From assembly GCA_963702895.1 (NCBI GenBank), contig OY969767.1:2624001-2688000 (forward strand): a stretch of 64,000 bases of DNA. Reading direction: 5' to 3'. Shown in pieces: positions 37,555 through 46,919 of the stretch (the first letter of the stretch is position 1; each line of letters opens with the position of its first letter). The notes under the pieces were generated by a model, which did not search any database, was not told where the DNA came from, and saw nothing but the letters and a program-made list of their open reading frames with translations. A program made the position numbers and the translations under genes. Source of the DNA: an uncultured Elusimicrobia bacterium. Lineage in GTDB: Bacteria; Elusimicrobiota; Elusimicrobia; 2-01-FULL-59-12.

Positions 37555-38592
37555 ATGAAGACCATTCCATTGCGAAAAAGCAGAGTCCGAACAGTATCAA
37601 TTTTCTTGCCTGCGATCTTAGGGGCAGCCATCGCCATTTCCGGCAGACTCTATGCTGAAGATCCGGCCGCGCCGCCAGCCGTGCCAGAGGCACCAGCAGC
37701 TCCTGCAGAGCCAACAGCCGCGCCAGCCGCGACTCCCCCCGCCGCGAGCGCTTCTGCCGACAAAGTGGACTATGTTGGCGCAGAGACTTGCCTCAGTTGC
37801 CATTCGGGCCAAGGGGACTTTAAGGATTCTGTCCACGGACGTTCGCTCGTGCAAGGCAAGGGCATTGCCTATGAGAAGACATGCGAAACCTGCCATGGCC
37901 CCGGTTCCCTCCATGCCGCGGCGGCAGGCGACAAAGCGAATCCTGGCTACGGGACCGTCAGAACTTTCAAGAATATATCGGCGCGGGCGCTCAACGATAC
38001 CTGCCTGGAATGCCATCAGGATCAGAAGCGAAATAATTGGGTAGGGAGTCCGCATGAAAAAAGAGATGTCTCTTGCTTGACCTGTCATAGTATCCATGAG
38101 CCCAAGAGTAAGAAGCTCCTTCTGGTGAAACCAAATATTGAACAAGTGTGTGCCGAGTGCCACCGGTCCCAAGTTTCGAAAGTTCGACGCTCCCAGCACA
38201 TGCCTGTGATCGAAGGCAAGATGTCCTGCTCGAGCTGCCATAACCCCCATGGCACCGCCACTCCCAAGATGCTGACCTCTCGTACAGGCAACGAGAACTG
38301 TTACGCCTGCCATGCGGATAAGCGCGGGCCTTTCTTATGGGAACACCTGCCTGTACGCGAGAATTGCTTGAACTGCCATGACGCTCATGGATCGCATCAC
38401 CCCAACATGCTCCAGGCCAAGCAGCCGTTCCTCTGTCAACGGTGTCATGTCCAGGCACAGCACCGGTCGACGGCATACGACCAATCCAGCATCAAAAATC
38501 TTGACAATAAGGTCATGCTCCATTCCTGTGCGAATTGTCACACGAATATCCATGGGTCGAACCATCCATCCGGCAAGTTCTTCACCCGTTAA
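37555..38592 (+). CDS. mtrA: DmsE/MtrA/MtoA-family decaheme cytochrome c
   Basis: 10 CxxCH motifs; KRGPFLWEH; C-terminal IHGSNHPSG; signal peptide and Pro/Ala linker. Confidence 0.92.
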   Translation: MKTIPLRKSRVRTVSIFLPAILGAAIAISGRLYAEDPAAPPAVPEAPAAPAEPTAAPAATPPAASASADKVDYVGAETCLSCHSGQGDFKDSVHGRSLVQGKGIAYEKTCETCHGPGSLHAAAAGDKANPGYGTVRTFKNISARALNDTCLECHQDQKRNNWVGSPHEKRDVSCLTCHSIHEPKSKKLLLVKPNIEQVCAECHRSQVSKVRRSQHMPVIEGKMSCSSCHNPHGTATPKMLTSRTGNENCYACHADKRGPFLWEHLPVRENCLNCHDAHGSHHPNMLQAKQPFLCQRCHVQAQHRSTAYDQSSIKNLDNKVMLHSCANCHTNIHGSNHPSGKFFTR

Positions 38593-38665
38593 GCGAGGAG
38601 ATCCGGAGAGGCGCTGTATCAAACTGACGATCTAGAGAAGAAAGAGAACTGAGGAGGAGGCACCT

Positions 38666-40885
38666 ATGAGCAGGGCAATGGTGATAAGGACTATTCTCTC
38701 GGCGGCCATGGCTTTTCTTGTGTCTGCCTGGAGCGTAGCAGAGACCAAGGTCTCGCAAGAACTCGATTTTGGCTATCAAAAGGTTTATCAGAGTACGAAC
38801 GAGTCGTACTTTGAGAAATACGGGGAAGTTCCCGATGGCGCCGTCCTAAACGCCATGCGGTTTGACGTGACCACGGACAGCACCACCGTCAGCTTTGAAG
38901 GCCAAAACGTTCTTCAAAACAACCAGTCCTATGATTTGAACTACAACTACAATTACAAATACAAGGTGGACGCTTCCTGGGATGAGATGCCCCATGTGTA
39001 TTCCAACACAGGCAGAACGCTTTATACTGAGACCAGCCCGGGCGTCTACGAATTGCCAGACTCCATTCAGACCGCATTAACAGGCTTGGGCACCGGCACA
39101 TCGGTTGCCAACGCCACAACTTTCAATAACGCATTGAGGGGCTATTATTCAGCGGCCCATCCGGTCGACCTTTCCGTTCAGCACCGAGAAGGGGCCGTCA
39201 ATACGCAATACGCCCTTTCGGAACGGATGAAAGTGGATCTCGATTTTTCTGAAAAGCGAGCAGAAGGTTACAAGCCCCTTGGAACGCCCTTCGGTCGGAA
39301 TTATGCGGTCGAATTGCCTCAGCCCGTGGATTACAAGACCTATAACATGCGGGCCGGCACACAGTATAACAACAAGGATGTTCAGGTCGGCTTAAGCTAT
39401 GCTCTCTCCAGCTTTGAGAACGAAGTGGATGCGCTGACCTGGGACAGCGCCAAACGTTTGACCGATGCTGTAGGAACAGACAGCGCTGGAGCCGGCGCCA
39501 GCCGCGGCCGGATGAGCTTGGCTCCGGACAACATGTCGCATCAATTCGCGCTCACGTCGGGCTTTAATCTCCCCGCCCGCACCCGATTCACCGCCGAAGG
39601 CTCTATGAATTACATGCGGCAAAATCAGGATCTACTCCCCTTTACCATTAATTCCGCGCTTACGACCGCTGCTCTAGAAGAGTCAAAAGCCAACACGGAG
39701 ATGGTGACCTACACGCAGGACTACAACCTGAGCAATGCGATCTGGAAGCCCTTGACTTTAGCGTTACGCTATCACTCGGAACAGTTGGTCAACCATCAAA
39801 GCGAGGTCGAGTTCGATGGTGCTTCTTGGACCGACAATCTGTGGGATGCTACTCCGGAAGATACGACCCGTTTCCAATATAACAAGCAATCCTTGGAGGG
39901 AAGCGCCGACTGGACTGTGGCCAAGGCCCTGTCCGTTGGTTTGAAATATGGGACGGAATGGGACCATCGCACGCATCGCGAGGTTCGGGACACCTCCGAA
40001 AACAAACTCACGGCGTCCATGGACCTACGGCCGTCGAACTGGATGCTCTTAAGAGGCATGTATATCCATGCGCTGCGCCATATGGATGATTTCGATTACA
40101 ACAACCTCATACCGTTCGAACCGCCGGGCTTGCGCCGTTACGATGTCTCGGACCGGAACAGGAACCAGGGCAATGTCCTCTTCCAAGTGACGCCCGGTCC
40201 GATCAGCTTGGCATTGAATGGTGCCTTGACCCACGATCAATATCAACCAGGGAAGGGCGACTTGGCAGGCGGAGACACAACCAACAATCAAACCCAGTGG
40301 TACGGATTGGTGGAGGACAGGGTGGCCAGCGCCGGAGCGGACCTGGACTGGGATATCTCCTCCTGGTTGGGGGCCTCGCTTTATTATCAATACCATCAGG
40401 ACCAGGGAGTCCAGCGGTCCAACCGGAGCACGAGCCCCATCAATCAGGACGCGCCCAATGACTGGGAAATACGCCTGCTGGACCGGTACAATGTGGTCGG
40501 TGTGACAACAGACCTGCAGGTCATCCCCAACCGCCTGGATGTTCGCCTGGGGTATGAGCTTCTGGATGAGCATGGGACCTACAACTACGTTTATCTCGGG
40601 TCAGCGAACTCGACCAAAGTTTCTCCCACCGAAAGCAAAACCCAAAAGCAAGATGCTACGATACGCATGAACCTAAAGCTCACGAAGAGCACCACCTTGG
40701 CCTTAGGGTATCTCTACGAGCAGTATCAGACATCGGATTGGCAGTATCAGAATATTCCGCTTGTGAGCGGGGAGGAAGCTGGACAGACCAACATCTTCCT
40801 GGGGACCAATCGGCAGAACTATTACGCACATGTGGGGAGCATCCTCATAAAATACAAGTGGGGCGGCGCGCCTGGAGCATCTTAA
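38666..40885 (+). CDS. mtrB: MtrB/PioB-family outer-membrane porin
   Basis: Follows the decaheme gene; ELPQPVDY, MSLAPDN, QNQDLLP, LRRYDVSDRNR; beta-strand pattern. Confidence 0.9.
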   Translation: MSRAMVIRTILSAAMAFLVSAWSVAETKVSQELDFGYQKVYQSTNESYFEKYGEVPDGAVLNAMRFDVTTDSTTVSFEGQNVLQNNQSYDLNYNYNYKYKVDASWDEMPHVYSNTGRTLYTETSPGVYELPDSIQTALTGLGTGTSVANATTFNNALRGYYSAAHPVDLSVQHREGAVNTQYALSERMKVDLDFSEKRAEGYKPLGTPFGRNYAVELPQPVDYKTYNMRAGTQYNNKDVQVGLSYALSSFENEVDALTWDSAKRLTDAVGTDSAGAGASRGRMSLAPDNMSHQFALTSGFNLPARTRFTAEGSMNYMRQNQDLLPFTINSALTTAALEESKANTEMVTYTQDYNLSNAIWKPLTLALRYHSEQLVNHQSEVEFDGASWTDNLWDATPEDTTRFQYNKQSLEGSADWTVAKALSVGLKYGTEWDHRTHREVRDTSENKLTASMDLRPSNWMLLRGMYIHALRHMDDFDYNNLIPFEPPGLRRYDVSDRNRNQGNVLFQVTPGPISLALNGALTHDQYQPGKGDLAGGDTTNNQTQWYGLVEDRVASAGADLDWDISSWLGASLYYQYHQDQGVQRSNRSTSPINQDAPNDWEIRLLDRYNVVGVTTDLQVIPNRLDVRLGYELLDEHGTYNYVYLGSANSTKVSPTESKTQKQDATIRMNLKLTKSTTLALGYLYEQYQTSDWQYQNIPLVSGEEAGQTNIFLGTNRQNYYAHVGSILIKYKWGGAPGAS

Positions 40886-40911
40886 GGCCCGTTTCACAGA
40901 AGGAACAAACG

Positions 40912-41256
40912 ATGAAAGCTCTTAAGAAATCAGTGATTCTGGCAGGTGTGGCACTGGGTGTGGCGAATTTTGGGCTCGCGGCGGAAGCGGATGTCGCCAA
41001 AACCTACGCGGCCAAATGCGCTTCTTGTCATGGCAAGGACCTCAAGGGCAATCCCGCGATGGCCAAAGCGTTCAAATTGGAGCCCGCGCGCCTCAGCTTG
41101 GTGAGCAAACAGACCCTGAACAAGACAGACGAAGAACTGAACGCTATTACCGCGAAAGGCGAAGGGAAGATGCCGGCCTACGCAGGAAAGCTTAAGGCCG
41201 AGGACATCGCGGCTTTGACGGCCTACATCCGCAAGGTCGGCGCCGAGAAGAAGTAG
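40912..41256 (+). CDS. Periplasmic monoheme cytochrome c (MtoD-like position)
   Basis: Signal peptide, CASCH, distal Met in KMPAY. Confidence 0.88.
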   Translation: MKALKKSVILAGVALGVANFGLAAEADVAKTYAAKCASCHGKDLKGNPAMAKAFKLEPARLSLVSKQTLNKTDEELNAITAKGEGKMPAYAGKLKAEDIAALTAYIRKVGAEKK

Positions 41257-41297
41257 TTTTCTCTGAAAGATGTTGTTCGCCGCATGATCAGCGGCTT

Positions 41298-41338
41298 CTG
41301 CCCCTAACGTATTCTTATCGTTTGGGGCAGGTTTTTTT
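41298..41338 (+). terminator. Rho-independent terminator
   Basis: CTGCCCC-T-AACG / CGTT-T-GGGGCAG hairpin followed by T7. Confidence 0.65.
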
Positions 41339-41383
41339 GGGGACGCTTGAGGACTATTCTGAGCAGGAGAAGCTCTTATTCTG

Positions 41384-43282
41384 ATGAGGTTGCTATCCCA
41401 TTCCCAGCGTTCTCCGGTTCTCCCCACGATGATAAGACCGCTCCCGTTTCTCATATGGATCGGCCTTGCAGCGAGTGCGGCCTTTCCGGCCTGGGCTCTC
41501 GACAACAGCGATTGTTTCGCCTGTCATGGCCAGCAGGGGGCCACGCCGCATGACGTGGATGAAGCGGCCTTTAAGAAATCTATTCATGGGAAGAACCTCT
41601 GCGTTTCCTGCCACGCCGATGTCACGGAACTGCCGCATGCGGAGAAGTTGGCCTCCGTGGCCTGCAACCGCTGCCACCGGGTGGAAACGCAGATTTATGT
41701 AAATTCAGACCACGGGCGCGCTGTGGCGCGGGGCAGGAGCGAAGCGGCCACCTGCAAAGATTGCCACGGCCACAGCCATACGCTCCTGAACTCCCGGGAC
41801 CCGAGCTCTCCCGTGAACCGCCGCAACATCCCGCAAACCTGCGCGCACTGCCATGACAACAAAGAGATTATGGGCAAGGCCAAGCTGACCGAGCGGGACC
41901 CCTTCCAATCCTACAGCCATACTGTCCACGGGGAGGCCTTCGCCAAAGGCCAATTGAATGCCGCCGTATGCAGCGATTGTCATGGGACCCATGATCTGCA
42001 TGGGGGTTTCAACCCGGCGAGCCGCATCTCCAAGCAAAACATCCCGGAGACCTGCGGGAAGTGTCATCAGAACGTGGCTGCGGTCTACCGCGTGAGCATT
42101 CACGGGCAAGCCAACAAGGCTGGCATTAAGGAAGCCCCGGTCTGCACCGATTGCCATGGAGAACACACCATCCAATCGCCTCGCGACCCCGCTTCAACCG
42201 TTTGGGCGGGGGCCGTCACCAAGACCTGTACCGGGTGCCACGCTTCGGAGCGGATCGCGATGAAGTTTGGGATGCCCGTTGACCGAATAAAAACCTATAT
42301 GGACACCTACCATGGGCTAGCGTCTCAGCGGGGCGATGTTCGCGTCGCCAATTGCGCCTCCTGTCATGGCTACCATGATGTCCTTCCTTCCAATGATGTC
42401 AGGTCGTCCATTTACCCCACAAACCTCGCCAACACCTGCGGACGCTGCCACCCTGGCGCCGCCGAAGTCCTGTCCCGGGGCTATATCCATAGTCCTCCGA
42501 GCGCGCGGCATTGGGTCATTGCCCTGGCTCGCCGGTTTTATTTGATCCTCATACCGCTCGTTCTGGGATTCATGCTATTGCATAATCTCCTCGATTTCTT
42601 GCGCAAATTGATCACACCCGCCCCTCCCTTGGAGATCAGGGAAGATGAACCCATACGGCTAACCGTCAATGAGCGCTGGCAGCACGTGGTCTTAATACTG
42701 ACGTTCACGGTGTTGGCTTATTCGGGGTTTGCGCTCAAATTCCATGACGCGACGTGGGCCCAGGTCCTGGCGCCGTTCGGCGAGAACATCCGGCGGGCGC
42801 TGCACCGCTGGACAGCGCTCATTTTCTGCCTACTGGGTGTGTACCACATGATCTATATGGTGGGGACACGGCGGGGACGGATGCTGCTCCGGGCATTCTT
42901 GCCGAGCCTTGCGGACCTTCGGGCGATGCGCGAGCAAGGAGCGTACAGTCTTGGTCTCCGGAAGGACCCTCCCCCTGCTCATGGCTTCTACCACTATGGC
43001 GAGAAGATGGAATATTGGTCGCTCCTCTGGGGGTCTCTTGTGATGGTCGTGACGGGGTGTCTGCTCGTCTTCAACAATTTTGCCCTGAAACATTTCCCCC
43101 TGTGGATCTCGGAACTCGCGACGCTCGTCCACTATCTTGAAGCGATCCTGGCGTGTCTGGCGATCCTCATCTGGCACGGCTACGCGGTGGTCTTTGATCC
43201 GCGCGTCTACCCGATGAATTGGGCATGGCTCACGGGCTTTATTCGTCGGAAGAAGTCGGATCACACGACTGGAAAGAAATAA
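41384..43282 (+). CDS. CbcL-like multiheme cytochrome c fused to cytochrome b (FdnI-type) domain
   Basis: 11 CxxCH, then ERWQH, LHRW..VYH, EKMEYW, VHYLEA...IWHGY membrane b-heme ligands; start may be slightly downstream. Confidence 0.88.
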   Translation: MRLLSHSQRSPVLPTMIRPLPFLIWIGLAASAAFPAWALDNSDCFACHGQQGATPHDVDEAAFKKSIHGKNLCVSCHADVTELPHAEKLASVACNRCHRVETQIYVNSDHGRAVARGRSEAATCKDCHGHSHTLLNSRDPSSPVNRRNIPQTCAHCHDNKEIMGKAKLTERDPFQSYSHTVHGEAFAKGQLNAAVCSDCHGTHDLHGGFNPASRISKQNIPETCGKCHQNVAAVYRVSIHGQANKAGIKEAPVCTDCHGEHTIQSPRDPASTVWAGAVTKTCTGCHASERIAMKFGMPVDRIKTYMDTYHGLASQRGDVRVANCASCHGYHDVLPSNDVRSSIYPTNLANTCGRCHPGAAEVLSRGYIHSPPSARHWVIALARRFYLILIPLVLGFMLLHNLLDFLRKLITPAPPLEIREDEPIRLTVNERWQHVVLILTFTVLAYSGFALKFHDATWAQVLAPFGENIRRALHRWTALIFCLLGVYHMIYMVGTRRGRMLLRAFLPSLADLRAMREQGAYSLGLRKDPPPAHGFYHYGEKMEYWSLLWGSLVMVVTGCLLVFNNFALKHFPLWISELATLVHYLEAILACLAILIWHGYAVVFDPRVYPMNWAWLTGFIRRKKSDHTTGKK

Positions 43283-43424
43283 GAAACCCTCAACGTATCC
43301 CGCAATGCCTGATTTCATCTCATACGAAACAGCTTTGAAAATCAAAATTCCTCCGCTTTTTGTAAAAATAACCATGGACGTAAGCACTAAAATGAGGCAA
43401 TCTAAAAGGTAAGGAGGTAGTCCA

Positions 43425-43838
43425 ATGGCGATCGATCCTAATGAAATCAACAGTATTGAAGATTCAATGGTGCATGATATTGATGAGGAACCGCATCCTG
43501 AAGGCTGGGGTATTTATGTGACACTGCGCTTTCTCTCCAAAGTGATTCTGGCGGTCTATGGATTGATGCTGCTGGGGATGCTTTCCCTGCATATCATTTT
43601 GCGGTATACCGCCATTTCACTGATTCCAACCGTCATGAGGCCGGAGTCGACGCTCATCGTCTTGCCCATCGCGCTGGTCGCTGCCTATCTTTACCTGACC
43701 TCCGTGCCTGAGCCGGAGATCTCCAAAAAGCGGACGCCCCTGGGGAAATGCGTGACCTTTATCATTGTTTTTCTGGGGATGCAGGCGGCCTCGATCCTCA
43801 CCTGGATCGGCCTTGCCAAGGCTTTCAGTCTGCGCTAG
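43425..43838 (+). CDS. Hypothetical membrane protein (3 TM)
   Basis: Strong AAGGAGG RBS; acidic N-terminus. Confidence 0.7.
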   Translation: MAIDPNEINSIEDSMVHDIDEEPHPEGWGIYVTLRFLSKVILAVYGLMLLGMLSLHIILRYTAISLIPTVMRPESTLIVLPIALVAAYLYLTSVPEPEISKKRTPLGKCVTFIIVFLGMQAASILTWIGLAKAFSLR

Positions 43839-44280
43839 GCGTGCTTATGCCGTTGGGCTTTTCGCCACCGGTGTTTGGGTAGGACATCCGACAAAATACA
43901 GTAGATACAACTCCCACAGGCAAAATGGCAGGGTCCTGCGAAAGGATCTCTCAAAAATTCGCGGAGTGGCCGTAAAACATGCAAAGGGATAAAGGGAGAA
44001 CCTGTTGCCCTCGCATTCACACGAGAAGGTGTTGCGTCGGTTGACTTCGAGATCACGTTGTTGCCAGCCATCATCATTTTCGTTCCTGCCATGATCTTAC
44101 CAAAGCACAACCCCCGCTGTCATATTTTGAGCGAAGTCCTTCGCGCTCAGGCAGAGGCCACTCTGGTCCCTCTTAGCTTCGCCATTGCCAGTACATGGTT
44201 CGCCATCTCTTCTAACGACAGGCGACTTGTATTCCAGACGGCATGGTAGAGGAGTGGATCGCGACGGGATGCCGGTGCAT

Positions 44281-44736
44281 TTAAACGTCAAGAACGACCG
44301 TAGCGCACCATAGAGGTTGCCGGCTGGCGCGCCGCCCGGAGGGGGGGCGCGCCACGCGAAAAAGGTGCCAGGTCACCGCTTTGATGTCAGCGCGCTGCTC
44401 ATGTCGGGAGGGATCCAGCGGTTCACCTGCGAGCATGGTCCGAAGTTGGATGGCCCCCGTTTTCGCTTTAATCTCAAGGGTTTTCGGCAAGAGCAGGAGT
44501 TGTTGGGCGTCCTTCCAATAGACCAGTTCCTGAAGGAACCTGTGCAGGAGGGTTTCGATGTCCTTTTCTTCCAGCTCCAAGAGGATCTTTTGGCGTGGGC
44601 GGACCTTCTCCATGTTCTCGATTTGAACGGCCATGAGCGCCCTTGCGGCCTCACGAAAAAGCTTCGGGAGGGTGGTTCCTTTCGCCTCAAAGGCGATATC
44701 GGCAATCGCGACATCAGGGAGAAATCGGTAGGTCAT
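44281..44736 (-). CDS. Archease
   Basis: YRFL..AIADIAFEA.G, DIKAVTWH, VVLDV. Confidence 0.9.
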   Translation of the reverse strand: MTYRFLPDVAIADIAFEAKGTTLPKLFREAARALMAVQIENMEKVRPRQKILLELEEKDIETLLHRFLQELVYWKDAQQLLLLPKTLEIKAKTGAIQLRTMLAGEPLDPSRHEQRADIKAVTWHLFRVARPPSGRRASRQPLWCATVVLDV

Positions 44737-44804
44737 GCTTTCGACTCCAGTCGCCTCTGGCGAGCTCCGCTCACCATGACCCTGAGCATCGTTGAACGGG
44801 TCAT
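44737..44804. repeat. REP-like palindromic element between rtcB and archease
   Basis: GGTCAT at 44731 and 44799, inverted copy ATGACC at 44776; nested TCGCC-TCT-GGCGA hairpin. Confidence 0.55.
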
Positions 44805-46255
44805 CCTTTGATGTTCCCTATCGGAACAAGCCTGGCGACGCGGCGTGAGAGGCCGGCTTGTTCGGCCGAGAGCGCGACCTCGTCCACATTTTTATAGGCT
44901 TCCCCTGCCTCCTCCGCCAGGCCGGCGAAGGACGCGCTCCGTACATAAATGCCGCGCTCGCGCATCTTGTCTTGAAGTTGCCGGCCTTGGAACATTTTCT
45001 TCGCTTGCGTCCGGCTCATCGTACGGCCAGCCCCATGAGCGGTGCTGTAGAAAGCTTCTGAGGCGCTGGCCGACCCCACCAGAAGATACGAGCCTGTTTC
45101 CATACTGCCGCCGATGATCACCGGTTGTCCCAAAGGCTGATAGTACGGAGGAAGCTCCGCAAAGCCGGGTCCGTACGACCGTGTCGCTCCCTTGCGGTGC
45201 ACCAAGAGCTTCTTCCGTTTGCCGCCCACCACCTGCTCCTCAAATTTGGCCGTGTTGTGAGCGATGTCATAAACCTGATGGATGCCCAGCTCTTCTGCCG
45301 TTTTGCCGAAGACGGAGCGAAAGACCTCCCTGATGCGGTGCAGGATGAGCTGCCGGTTGGCAAAGGACATGTTGATCGCGCAACGCATCGCCGCATAATA
45401 AGCCCGGCCTTCGGGACTTGCGATCGGAGCGCAGGCGAGCTCCCGGTCCGGTGTCGTGATACCGTAGCGCGGCCCCATGACCTTCAGGAACTGGTCGAGA
45501 GAGTCGCTGGCCACCTGATGGCCGAATCCACGACTGCCGCAGTGGAACATGATGACCACCTGGTCGGGGAATAGGCCAAAAGCTTTCGCCAAGGCCCTGT
45601 CGTATATATTCTGTTCGCGCACCACCTGGATTTCCAGATAGTGGTTCCCGGAGCCTAAAGTCCCCACCTGATGGATCCCGCGCTCGATGGCACGCTGGGA
45701 GACGGCAGAAGGATCAGCGCCATCGGCGCACCCCCCCTCTTCCGTGCGTTCCAGATCTTCCTGCCACCCGTACCCCTTTCGAACGCACCAGCGCGAGCCT
45801 TCGACTAAAATTTGTCGGAATTCCTTCTCATCGAGCCGCAGAAACCCCCGGGCGCCCACGCCGGTCGGTACGCGATGAAAAAGCGCGTTGGTCAGATCCT
45901 CGATGTACGGCTGGACCTGAGGATAGCTCATCTGGGTTCTCACCAGGCGCATGCCGCAGTTGATATCGAAGCCAATCCCGCCGGGTGAGATCACGCCATC
46001 CTCAACCCGCATGGCGGCCACTCCACCGATGGGGAAGCCATAGCCCCAATGCCCGTCGGGCATGCAACAAGCGTAGCCTTCGATACCCGGAAGACAAGCG
46101 ACGTTCGTGACCTGCTCAAAAACGCCCTGGTCCATCTCTTCCAGGATTTTGCGGGAAGCGAAGATCCGCGCGGGCACAAGCATTCCCGGTTTGTGGGTGA
46201 CCGGGATCTCCCAGATGCCATCCTTGACCGGCACGATCGATGAAAGTTGAGCCAT
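44801..46255 (-). CDS. rtcB: RNA-splicing/repair ligase RtcB (archease-dependent type)
   Basis: MPDGHWGYGFPIGGV, GFDINCG, GSGNHYLE, HCGSRG, HN, HRKGAT, HGAGR, EEAGEAYK, terminal KG. Confidence 0.95.
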   Translation of the reverse strand: MAQLSSIVPVKDGIWEIPVTHKPGMLVPARIFASRKILEEMDQGVFEQVTNVACLPGIEGYACCMPDGHWGYGFPIGGVAAMRVEDGVISPGGIGFDINCGMRLVRTQMSYPQVQPYIEDLTNALFHRVPTGVGARGFLRLDEKEFRQILVEGSRWCVRKGYGWQEDLERTEEGGCADGADPSAVSQRAIERGIHQVGTLGSGNHYLEIQVVREQNIYDRALAKAFGLFPDQVVIMFHCGSRGFGHQVASDSLDQFLKVMGPRYGITTPDRELACAPIASPEGRAYYAAMRCAINMSFANRQLILHRIREVFRSVFGKTAEELGIHQVYDIAHNTAKFEEQVVGGKRKKLLVHRKGATRSYGPGFAELPPYYQPLGQPVIIGGSMETGSYLLVGSASASEAFYSTAHGAGRTMSRTQAKKMFQGRQLQDKMRERGIYVRSASFAGLAEEAGEAYKNVDEVALSAEQAGLSRRVARLVPIGNIKG

Positions 46256-46294
46256 GGGTTAGAAAGTAACTTAAACGGCTAGAGAAAGGGTGGG

Positions 46295-46735
46295 CTACCG
46301 GCCGGCCTGCGACTTCTCCAGATCAAGAGAGGGAGCGATTTCAAGGGTGCTGACCCAATGCACGTGTCCCCGAAAAGCTTTTTTGACACCCGCGGCCACG
46401 CGACCTGGCGCTTCGGGCTCCCCGCCACGGCCCATGACGATCGCGCTGCAGCGATAGAGCTTGGCGACCTCGACTATTTTTTGAACGGGTTCGCCTTCCA
46501 TGACTAAGATCATAACCCGCGCTTCAGGCACTCGTTTGATGGCCTTGGCACAATCTTCCAGGGAATCCGGAAGGGCTTCCGGAGGGCGCTGGTGTTGGGG
46601 ATCGCGGTCCCCGAACACGTGAAGGAGAAGGAGAGAACTTCCCGTAAGGGAAGCCTGCTCATCGGCAAACGCGAGAATTTCAGCATTTTCTGACAATAAA
46701 TCGATTGGCACTAAAACCAGACTATGGCCTACCAT
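46295..46735 (-). CDS. Universal stress protein
   Basis: VLVPID, LLLHV, GEPVQKIVEVA, IVMGR. Confidence 0.8.
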   Translation of the reverse strand: MVGHSLVLVPIDLLSENAEILAFADEQASLTGSSLLLLHVFGDRDPQHQRPPEALPDSLEDCAKAIKRVPEARVMILVMEGEPVQKIVEVAKLYRCSAIVMGRGGEPEAPGRVAAGVKKAFRGHVHWVSTLEIAPSLDLEKSQAGR

Positions 46736-46786
46736 CGGAAACCCCCCTTCCATTGATTTTACCTTATCTTGCCCTGATGGAGAGGT

Positions 46787-46805
46787 TGTATGACACGAGT
46801 CATAG
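46787..46805. promoter_or_regulatory. Putative Crp/Fnr box (minus strand CTATGAC-TCGT-GTCATACA)
   Basis: Arms and flanks identical to the 37482-37500 site. Confidence 0.65.
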
Positions 46806-46919
46806 ATTGGCAAGCGACAAGGAATTAGGATGAGACTCGCGGGAGGCAAGTGATATGGGTCGTCTGAAACGCAGCCTTGGTCAATCCCTCACCCCACAGG
46901 AACAGGTGATTCTGTCCAC

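Noticed and set aside
41387..41415. Possible tRNA 3' remnant (AGGTTGCTATCCC...)
   Set aside because: Lacks TTCGA and stems; probably chance
43839..44280. Gene between the membrane protein and archease
   Set aside because: Only short ORFs in several frames, with no RBS or recognisable motif
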